A stretch of DNA of 64,000 nt, taken from positions 62,001-126,000 of the forward strand of contig JALJEE010001081.1 in assembly GCA_023231475.1 (NCBI GenBank), read 5' to 3'. The stretch comes from Seison nebaliae (taxonomy: Eukaryota). This document shows positions 51,360 through 62,254 of the stretch, in pieces (within the stretch, counting starts at the first letter, position 1; every line of letters begins with the position of its first letter). Below the pieces are notes generated by a model that saw only the letters and a program-made list of their open reading frames with translations, had not been told where the DNA came from and made no database searches. Position numbers and translations under genes: made by a program.

Positions 51360-54140
51360 TCAAAAAATTGAATTTGCTGAAATATATACTGTGAAGTAGA
51401 GTATCGGTTGTATGAGTATAAGGAGATAAAGGTTATTCTTCAACATTAGTGACCTGTTGGGATTGAAATAAAATGCTTTCGTTGGTTTCGTCCGATCGAT
51501 GAGCACACCGTCCAAAGTGTAAATGATTCCATTATCTGCTCTCATTTCTTCTTTGACCGGTAGTACAATATTCTGCCATTTCACTCGAGTGAATGAACCC
51601 GATTCAAATTGTAACATAACACTACTCTCGTCATCCATCAGTAACGAGTATTTTTTGCTATTTCCCATTTTCTGCGGAGAAACTTCTCCTTGACTGTAAA
51701 TATGTCGCTTAGTGATCGAATCCCTCAATCGGTGGTGATCCGTATTGTAGATCTGAGAGAAAGCTTCATCATTTGGAACGAATATAGTGTACGATTGTCC
51801 ATTAGCAACATCTCTCAATTTGCGGTCATATCCTAAAGTAACGGAAAATTTTTTAAATTGATGGAAATTAAATAGAAAGGAAACCTAAAGCTTTAAGTCG
51901 TTGGAACATTGTAGAATAGTCGTTAGCCGTCGATAATAATTTCCAGATACTTCCCATCTTCAATTTAATCAACGGGTAATTGATGATGTGGAGAACTCCA
52001 TTCGAGGCTTCATAATTTCCTCGACGACTCACACTCTGTCCTATCAAGTGACTGTTATTGAAAGCTGTGAAAGTAGCTGAAGGTAATTTGAGTAATCTGT
52101 TCTCGAAATCATCTCGATTCTTATCAGTCAACGAATATGAAGCGACGTTGCTCTTTCTTATTTGAATTTTGACGGATGGTTCGAACGTATCATAATTCTC
52201 ATCAATTTGGTCATTATATTCGGTGAAAACGGCACCCCGAATAATATGAGATCGAATAAACTAAATATATTAAAACGATGAAAAAAAAGAGACAAATGAA
52301 AATATCTAACTGAATCAACTCTCGCTTGATTCTTCACCAGATTCGTATCATTTTCAATTTGATCGAACATATCAGCTGATGGTGCTAAAACGGTGATATG
52401 ACAACCTTGTTCACAGCCAATCATTCTGAATCGACTAATCATTTGTTCTTTACATCTGTTGATTAATTGTAAACGATGTTGATGTTCCTCTTGTTTATAC
52501 TACAAAATGATAATTCATAATAATCTTTTAAATTTGAATAAATTTGAAATTTAAACTTTCATTTCTAAAACGTTTTTGAAATCAGATCGTTTCAATTCCT
52601 CCTCACTCAACTCATTTGACGTTTGTAGAATGTTGATAATTGGATTGGGGAAAACTGAGAGAATATTTCGGACATTTGGACTTCCCAATTTATGAATAAA
52701 CGACAAAAAACGACGTGCATGACGGTCCATCGTCACTGTCATTGTTTCCGTGGTGAAATCAAGTAAACAATCGATGAGATGAATAACGGACGTGCGGAAC
52801 ATTATATTACCATTAACGATTTTACATCGACGATTGCCACTAATCACCAGAATCGTATCATCATATCGTTGAAAATAAATTTTCCTTTTCTTCGCTTCAT
52901 ATTTCGGATCACTAAACGTTTCATATTGTGTGTCATTCATCATATTCTCAGTGAAGACAGCACGTTCCGGTATGATACTCGCCGTCAAACTTTGTATGGT
53001 ATCGAACGTGATATTTTTCCATCCTAATCGATATCGATCCGCTAAGGAAACGGTCGAACAATCTTCGGGTATTTTAGCTTGACCTTTATACAAGAAGAAA
53101 TCGAGAACTGTCGTCATTGCGTGATCGATAGGAAGGAAATATGTTCCTTGTTGTTCGAGTGTTCTCGGGAAATGTTGATATAATGTGTTGATACTCGATA
53201 AATTAGTAATTAATAATTGATTCAATTTCGAAAGACTGGGAGTTTTACTGATATAAGTGAAAACATTATCCTCTTTCGGAATTTTCAATCGTTTGGAAAT
53301 TAAATACAAATTACCATTCTTCGTTTTGATGGCTGACGCACAAACGAGTGCATCATTTACTGTAAACAATTTATAGAAAGTGGAATATAATTCATTGAAG
53401 CCTTGATTGATCAGAATTTCTCTTTGCACTTTCACCGTTACGTTTTTCTTCTTTTTCTTATTATCCTTCGGATTTGAACGTCGATGAGAAATAAAACTTG
53501 GACGTTTAGAAATTCGAACTTTCTTTCGAATTCTCTCAACATTCTTCAATCTAATTTGATTCTTTCGTCGAATTTCCAATTGCTGATAAAGTGGCGATGT
53601 CTCGTCATATAAATGCCACAAAGAATCTTTACAAGAGGTCGATTCGAAAATTGAACCGAATGGATTTGTTAGATCGATATACTTCTTCGTTTCACCAATG
53701 GTGAGTGAGAAGGATTTATCTCGATAAAATGTCACTGGCTGGTTATTGTACAGTGCGTCTTTTCTGACAATTTCCGTTTGAATTTTATCGTCATCGAGAA
53801 CATTCTTTACTAAATGATAAAGATATTCATTTTCTTTATTCATCGCATACTGAAATTCGTTGGATTTGGAATCATCGTCATCCTCTGTATTTCCATCATT
53901 CAATTCGAATGCGTCGTTTATGGGAGCGAAGAATGTCAACATCGATGTCGTATCCTGGAGAGCGGCTTTGATGTGATGGAGATTCGATATGGATTCACGT
54001 AACTTCTCCAATTTCGGATGTTTCATCACCACATCATATAGAGTGTCACTTGACAATGAACGGGAGAGATGGATGATTGGAAAGATGAACAATATCAAAT
54101 GGAATATCCTCATGGAATGAACAGCAGTTGCCAAGAACAT
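51360..54140 (-). CDS. Fasciclin-1-like cell adhesion protein with multiple FAS1 domains, probably GPI-anchored; introns 52500-52556, 52261-52310, 51833-51884
   Basis: Signal peptide. H1 motifs TFFAPINDAF, TYFLPIDHAM, TVLAPSADMF, TIFVPNDEAF. H2 motifs TKNGNLYLIS, ASNGVLHIIN, ADNGIIYTLDGVL. Hydrophobic C-terminus. Confidence 0.88.
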
Positions 54141-57100
54141 CTGATGGAATGAAAGAGAAATGAGAAGAAAATATGAGGAAAGTAGAAATATTATTTATTT
54201 CGAATATTTTCCATTCTTTTCTCTGTTTCCGAGGTAACGAGAATGATTCATAGAGAAAGAAATAATGAAAATTAACATGAAACGGCGACGAATGACTAAG
54301 TCGCCAAATTGATGGAATGGAATGAGAAGGTGATGAAATGATGTTTGGAAACGAGGAAGAATAATTCGATCGTAATTATAATTAATTCGACTGATAACAT
54401 AATAGAATCAGAATTTCATGATGGAATTGATGGATGAAATCGAGAATCGATCCAGAAACCATCGAAGAGAAACTAACCATCGAATCAATAATACTTTATT
54501 TAGGAAGAAGAAAATGAGTTGGATGGAATTGTGATCCATTGGAAGTCGAACAGTTCCCCTCATTAATTTACATTGCAAACAAAAAGGTTATGGAATGAAA
54601 TTGAGTGGAAAACGGAGGGATAGTAAATGTCCTCCGATTTTCATGAATTTTGTCTGAGAAAGAAATATTAATTTTTTCCGACGAATATCAATTATGAAGC
54701 GAACACATTTTTCACATTGATTCTTTCATGAATCTGATTGTTCTCATAAATCGTGTTTATTCTGTAGTTGTGTTAGTTGAATAATGATTGTCAAAGAGAA
54801 TTTGCTTAACACATCGCTTCGACAATATCGGGGATGTTAGACGAGAAGGTGGAACTCGCACATACCACAATTTCTTCATTCTCCTAATTTCTCCTTCGAA
54901 CAATCTCTCCCTTTCTTTCTTTCTTCGTATTAATCATATGAGAATAATAATTAGAATAAAAATGGGATGAATCGCTTCAATGATTTCTCTTTGTGTGTCA
55001 CTTATTCCACCTTTTCCGTCCACACTTTTCCAATGAGATTGCACACAATCTCAAATTGACAATAATCATTCTCATAACGACAATCTCATTAAATTGTTTC
55101 TTAATAAACTAAACGAAAATTTTTTGAAACGATCAATTATTTGAATTGTTTTTTTTTTGTTTTTGTGGAGACAGAGAATTGTGGAGGATGATTGGGATTA
55201 GTTGAAATAAATTTTCTATTAAAACCTTCTCAGAACACAAATATACAAGTACTTCGAAATCAGATAGAAGATCGGTTGTGGAGTGTACCAACGGAAATCG
55301 AATGTTTATATTGGATTTGCGCAAATCTGTTCATTCTCCAAGAGAAACATCTCTTCTCATTTGAAGATCGAATGAACATGTGTAAGAGAAGGATTTGGAA
55401 TCCATCATCATATTTTCTTGCGGAAAACGGAAAATCGGCAGAACGGAAATGTGTATGATGGGGAATCGATTCATCATCGATTTTTATTATTTTGAAGGGA
55501 AGTGGATTTGGTAAGGATGTTAAAATGTTCAGAAGAAGAAAAACAATCGAACGGAAAACGTTTCGCTCATTAACAGATTGTGTCAATGAAAAAAAAAAGA
55601 AATTTGATCCCACTAATTTGATCGGCAAATAAGTTTCTAGACTAAAGGTAACAACTGTGGTTTGGGGGAGTCTCTAACGATTTGTTTATTCGAGTACAAT
55701 TCATTACTATCCGATGACCATTTCAAATGTGATTTCTAAGATTTTTTGTGACAGGCATAAAAGAAGAGACATCATAATTTATCCATTAATTCCTTACTAA
55801 GGAATATCGTTTGCACTTGAATAATTCCTTAGTAAATCCTCGAGGAACAATGGGAAGAAAACCATCATCCACAAACCATCATGATCAATGTGTAATGGTA
55901 TGGATGAATGAGATATTGAATATACACACAACAAACAAAAGTGAATTTGTCGCATTGATGGTGGGAGAAAGTGGAGAATGATTCGATGGAAACATATGAG
56001 ACATGTTCGATCAAAGGTCAAATTTTGTGTGTAGTCAAAGTGAACTGTCAATAGACGATTCCATCTGGAAAGATGCTTCGAACAGATAATGATTCGACAG
56101 AACGATTAAGTTGCTGAGTGAGTGAAGGTGGAAAAGATGTTTGATGAAGCGTGGAAGGTAATCAAATAAGTGAAGGTTTATCATCGTCGCCAATAGCGGT
56201 GAATAAAATCGATGATGCGTAATAAGATATTGAACGGAATGAATAAATCCTCAATCGCTCAGTCATTACAGAAATACTTATCTCAATGATATTTCTGCTA
56301 ATACTTCCCTGTCCCCAATATATTATCAGATGATGGAATTCAAAAACAACCACATCATTCCAATTTGCATCTTTTACTTGTCGATGCAGATCTGACTTGT
56401 AAGTGGAATCTCTCCGTCTAGTACATTCCAGCATGGAAGGGACGTATCAATCGAGACTTAATCTACATGAACATGCAACTTCATCATAAATGACATTCAT
56501 GAAGAAAGAAATTTGGCGTCTTTTCAGAAGGGAGGCTTAAAAGATTAAAATTTCTTTTTCACTTCCGCTACCGTCAACAATCTCTAGACGACTAAAACTT
56601 TTTGATAGTAGCGCGAAAGTTTACTTTGTAAGACCACAAACATTTTAAGTTTTATTCTATTTTTCTTCTCTCTAACGTCTAATGAGGATAAGATAGAATG
56701 ATAAGGATAAACAAATTCATTTATAAAACACACAAGAAAGGTCTCCAATTGGTCGTTTGTTTGTTGGAATAATAGAATGAAAATCTTCTTGCACAAACGA
56801 CTAATGCAACAGACAGATGTCGAGAGAGCCTGACGTGAGTTGTAATTAGAAAAGTAAAATTTCTTATATCGTTTCCACATCACTTTTCCGTCATACCCTC
56901 AAGAAATAATCTCATTTATTACATAAATATTGATCATTCAGTAACATAACAAGACGAGACCGCAAAGAAGTCAATCATCCAAATCATCCAAATTATTCTC
57001 CGAATGAATGGACGAATAGATGAATCTAATTTCTATCAATAATTCACTTGGATTTCACACTGAAAATACAAATTTTAGTCGGGACATTTTTGGAAGGTGA

Positions 57101-59074
57101 TTATCGTCAATTTCCATTATTGATGGAGTATTCTCACTTATTTCGCCGACAGATATAATAGTTATCTTAATGATTCTAATTGTTCATCTACGTGAAGAGA
57201 ACGAAACTCCACATAGATAACCACATTCCCATTCAAGTGATAACATGAATAATTTTTAATAGAGAACAAATTATTAACCGCTTGACCAGTAACAACAACA
57301 AGAACAATGATGAAAATTGAAAAGTGAATGGAGTGGATATGAGTGGAACGGAAATATTCCACTTTTCCAACGACAACATACTGTGTCCATCTCATCGTTG
57401 ATGGAGATATTATTTCTTATTTTTCCCCCCATAAAACGATTAAGTCCGTTTAACGACCTGCCACTGATGAATATTTTATAGACATTCTCCAAAAATTCAC
57501 TGGGCGAATTATTCGTTTCACATAGTCATATCCGAAAGATTTATGTTACTCTCATTTCTACTCACTCAAGATCATTATCATCGATGCAAGTCAGTTCCTT
57601 TTCAGATTATACGGATTCGTTTCATCCTAAGACTTTACCTATTTCCATTAGAAATTATACGACAAACAGAAATGTTTTGAATTCCATTATTCGATTAGAA
57701 TAATTATCGATATGTTCCACCCAAAAAAGAAGACAAATATTAATTGAAACATGAATTCTATTTTCCTTATTCTGGAAATCAGAATGATATCTCGGATGGA
57801 TTAGAAGGAATCCGATGCCAACCATCATTCTACTTCCTCTCTTCATTTACATTTCTTCTTCGAGAATGATGATACCGCTCTGCTTAATCGCGATGGCTAA
57901 CGAAGGAAATGATGAGAGAATAAATTCATTTGATGAGCCATAATAATTTTATTAAGGATTGAGAAGAATCGATGCTCTCATCTCGACTTCCATCGTGGAG
58001 GAAAGTCGACACGAGAAAAAAAATGAACAAGAATCCGGAAGAAAAGATAAGAGATAAATTCATTTTTAATATTATAAAGAATCTTCCCAATAATTATTTT
58101 CCGTTTTCCTGACACACACACTTGCTGACACTACGTAATGAAATTACCACCTGTCAAATCATAGGTTGACGAAAGTAGTGGCGGATGTTGTTAATAGTCG
58201 GTTCGTTTTTCGATTGCCTCAAATGCGAAGAGAATGTGCGACCAATATGGATTCGCCTCCCGTGTACTTTCCCAACTTTTCTCCCCCTTGTTCTTTTTGA
58301 AGTAATTGTATAAAACGAATCGAGTCATAACGGAAGTTTATTTCATTCATTTTCTCGTCAATTCCAAAACGAATCGGATCGATAATGGCAAAATAATAAC
58401 TATAATTCTACCATCAAATTTTTCTTTTCCATTCTCCCCCAACAGATAAACGAACACCATTCGAAAAAACCAGATCATCTCTCCAACATTACCCGACACT
58501 GAAGATAGAGAGAATAAGAAGAGATTAGAATGAAAATAGAATAAAATGTCATTACGAACTTTCGTTTCTTTTTAGGGAGTAACTTTTAATTTGAAGAACA
58601 ACTTCATGTCGATCTTCATTCATTTCGTTGATTGACCGAAACAGAACGTCCGAGCCACTTCACTTCAGTAAGTCCGATTCATAATCAGTCAATTGGACGT
58701 CATCCATCATTACCCACTTCGTTAATCAGACTCTCTTTCTTTCCCATTAGGCCATTTTGAAGTAGTTTAAATAATGTCAATGTGAAAAATAGTAAAGTTA
58801 TCGGAAATTTAATTAAAATCGATTTTCCTTCATACTCCAATGAAATATGATAAAATTTAATTAAAATATTCATGAACATTAATAACTTTTCATGCGAACG
58901 ACTAGTCCAATTTCTTGGAATTCGGCTTCATTGCACTCCGTTCGGAGAAAATCAATAAAAATATTATTGCGACAGAAGTCACTTTAGTTCGTTTGGGAGA
59001 AAATGTTAATTTAGTTTCCATATTTCATTCTAAAAATAAAATTTCAAAAAACTCGAATAAAGTTTTGAAGCCAG

Positions 59075-59512
59075 ATGAAGAATTTGTTCTTTCTTTTCAT
59101 CTTTCTCGTCCACGGACAATTTTGCGAGCAACATTTCGTGGTGAAAGATGGTTGGCAAGTCGAAGGTACTTTCGGTCGTTTCATGGATCTCTTACCAGAC
59201 AATGATCCTGTCGGTCATGAATATGATCGACAAGTTGGCGCTTCATTGTCATTCTCTTGGCCGTCGTCAGTCGTTAGTGCGAATATCGGATCATCCGATC
59301 TCATGGATTTACCGTACAATTTCCGCAATTTACCTGACTATAATGCCGCAATCGGTACCATAACCAAAGTGTGCATCGAAGCATGTTCAAAGGATATGAG
59401 TTGTCGTGCATTTAACATTAATTTGGATCGTTTCCGTTGCGCTTTCCTCCAAGACGTGAGACATTTGGAGAGAAAATCTTCTTCGATCAGTTTGGTGCCA
59501 AATCAATTATAA
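59075..59512 (+). CDS. Small secreted protein with a PAN/apple-like module
   Basis: Signal peptide MKNLFFLFIFLVHG and CIEACSKDMSCRAFNI...CAF cysteine pattern. Confidence 0.7.
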   Translation: MKNLFFLFIFLVHGQFCEQHFVVKDGWQVEGTFGRFMDLLPDNDPVGHEYDRQVGASLSFSWPSSVVSANIGSSDLMDLPYNFRNLPDYNAAIGTITKVCIEACSKDMSCRAFNINLDRFRCAFLQDVRHLERKSSSISLVPNQL

Positions 59513-59668
59513 AATTATTTGAAAAAAAAAAATTTAAAAGTTATTTTAAAAAATTCAGTATTGACTCTTTAAAAAGATGTTTGTGGAATGATGATGTTTC
59601 AAAATGTTTTCGGACAATAAAATTTATTTTCTTTTAATTACAAAATTATTAATTAAATTATATCCAAT

Positions 59669-60110
59669 TCATTTGAGGAGAAAGAAAGAAATTGCGATTG
59701 TTAAGATGATAAGATAAGATTGTTGACTAAAATTAGTCGCTGAGTTGCACAAATTCGTTTTACAACAATATGTCGCTTTATAGTATCGTTGTTCGTAATT
59801 GACCTCATTCAATTCGGCACAACTCGGTGCGTCACATGTTCTCTCTACCACTTCCTTCCCATTAAATCCGACGACGATCCTTTTCTACGAATAAATAATT
59901 AGTGTAGAAATAAGTGAAGGAATTACTAACGGCACATGCTCCTTTACACGGAAGAATTAATACGGAACTAGACGAGTTTAAATTTTTTTTTGCACTGCAT
60001 TCCTTACTTGCTGGACATCCGTAACAGTACAAACCGTCATTGAGCGAATTAACGAAATAAGGAAGAAGAGTGATGAAAATGAAGAGTAATTGAATGTTAT
60101 TAAGTTTCAT
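59669..60110 (-). CDS. Ly6/uPAR three-finger (quiver-like) GPI-anchored protein; intron 59885-59930
   Basis: Signal peptide, LYCYGC...C...CKGACA|KRI...ERTC...C...YCCKTNLCN, then a hydrophobic tail. Confidence 0.88.
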
Positions 60111-60576
60111 GGTGGAAAAATGATGATGTTGATGGTGGTGGTGATGATGGTGATGGAATGAAGGAGTTTTATTTAAGGAAAAGGAAAGTGGCTTACAAGA
60201 AGACGTTCATAATTCCACTTTCCCATCGAGTTCAGCTGTGAAGACATGGGTAAACAAAGAGGAAACTGACAACGAATAAAAAAATTATTTGGAATTGGAA
60301 TGAAAGTTTTTGTCTCATTTCCATATAACGGTTCTCCCCCATCCTCCTCTCAATTGTTAATCGAGTAAATTGTGAATAATACTACGCAATGATCTGTTTG
60401 TCTGATATGACACGCAATTATTGACATAGTCTCCTCTTCTACTTGAAGAGAATAAAGATAATATCGAATAATTTCAACAATTTCCATAATTCATTCGGTT
60501 CGGGAGAATCTCTTTGGAAAACATTTTTCATACTTCACTTACATTTCATAAAGAAAACTCATTTCAATATCGATTA

Positions 60577-61104
60577 ATGTCAATCCATCATTCCTATTTA
60601 TTTCTGTTGACGATTCTTCATTTGTCAAGTTTCACTTCTCTAAACAACTTCTCTAAACTTTTATCCTCTTTTGATAGTTAAATTTGGAGAAAGTGTAAGA
60701 TGTGTCGCTTGTGACTCCATGACCCAACCGACATGTACTGCCAATTTGACGTATTCGACATCTCAAATAGCGAAGACGAAAGCTGACGGAATTAGTTCGC
60801 TTGAATGTGGAGGAATTTGTCAAGTTACTTTATTTTCTTATTTTAAAATATTTTAAAAAATTAATTTTAGAAAATCATTTATAGAAAAGGATCTCAATAT
60901 GGGCAACCAATAGGAGCCAAACGATCATGTGGTACTGCATGTAATGAAGTGAGGAAACAGGAATCAGGAACATTTATTGAAATTAATTGTTGTAACGATA
61001 AGGATTATTGTAATGGCTCATTTACCATCAATTCATTGAACTTCATTCCATTATTTACACCAATTCTCATCATCATTACTTTTCTGAGAGAGATCATGAA
61101 ATAA
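60577..61104 (+). CDS. Second Ly6/uPAR three-finger GPI-anchored protein; introns 60629-60677 and 60824-60870
   Basis: Spliced product: signal peptide, VRCVACDS...C...CGGICQ|KII...KRSCGTAC...NCCNDKDYCN, then a hydrophobic tail. Confidence 0.88.
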
Positions 61105-61202
61105 ACATGAAACATTTTTCAATAATATATACAATGAATTGAAATTTAAAATGAAAGATTTTTTTTTTTTAACGAAAATAAATTGTAGAAACGAAACGAA
61201 AT

Positions 61203-62151
61203 TCATCCATCGTCTCCATAACGCGCTTTTTGTGTATCCGATAAATTCTCTTCTTTTTTCAACGACAATTTCCAATTACGAGAACCGACCGAAAATTGGT
61301 TAGAATCGACTATGAGATTACTTAAATTTTTTAATGATCGATTCTCCACATTATCATGTTGACGGAAACTTCGAATTTCATCATCGATCTCTTTTAAATT
61401 TTCTGATTTAATTTTATCTAAAGAACAATTTGTTAACGGAGAGAATTAGATCGAGGAAACTTTCAGTATTTTTGAAAAAATGTTCTAAAGAAATTTGTTT
61501 GTCGATTTGTTCGTATTCGAACGCCTGAACGATCATGTCCATCACATCCAATTCCTTCACATATTTCGCTTCAGCTGTCGATTGATTCTCATATTCCTTT
61601 AATGAATTTAATTTAAAATTAATTTGGAAATTAGTAAACGAACTTGCCAAATGTCGAAAATATTTATACGAATATCTTCATTCGGTATTAGAGATATGAT
61701 ATCTTGAAATGATTTCTGACAAAATAATTTTATAAAATTATTTTTTAAATAATAAAAATTAGAAACAAATTCTCTTCGATGTTTTTCTTCTTTTTTGATG
61801 TGATCAGCTGGAATGAGATCTCCAGTGAGACATTCGGCCAAATCGTGAACAACGGCCATTTTCATACATCTAAATCAGGAAAACGGTATAAGAACCATCA
61901 AAATCGATTAACTTCGTCATATCGATGCCTTTGGGATTATCGAGTGTCAATGTCATCAACGTCATTCGATACATGTGGGAACTGATTGTTTCCACATTAT
62001 CGTACACATGAGAATGAATCCAACCACTTCTTAAAGTTCTCTGGAAAAGAAATGGAATAAACAGGAAATGGAAGAGAAATGGAAAAAAAACTTTCGTTTG
62101 ACCGATAACTAGAAGGAATTCCAAGATATCACTAATCCTCTTTTTTGACAT
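61203..62151 (-). CDS. HDDC2: HD-domain 5'-deoxynucleotidase, 5 introns (including 62041-62091 and 61870-61912)
   Basis: K|RTLRSGW, ETISSHMYRM, MKMAVVHDLAECLTGDLIP, EEKHRRE and EYENQSTAEAKYVKELDVMDMIVQAFEYE. Confidence 0.93.
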
Positions 62152-62254
62152 GGGTTTTGGGAGTCGGTGGTGTCAAAACAAATACCTGAGATTGTGAGCT
62201 CTTAATTTGAACGGTTCACAACTTTCTTTAATTTGTCGATTAGAATTATAGACA

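Noticed and set aside
54788..57846. Short ORFs upstream of the fasciclin gene
   Set aside because: No motifs or consistent strand; the region looks like 5' regulatory or intronic DNA.
60238..60256. tgaagacatgggta resembling miR-71
   Set aside because: The seed lacks one A and the local hairpin is too short for a pre-miRNA.
785..62091. Introns as Introner-like transposons
   Set aside because: The intron sequences are not similar to each other and show no shared terminal repeats or target-site duplications.
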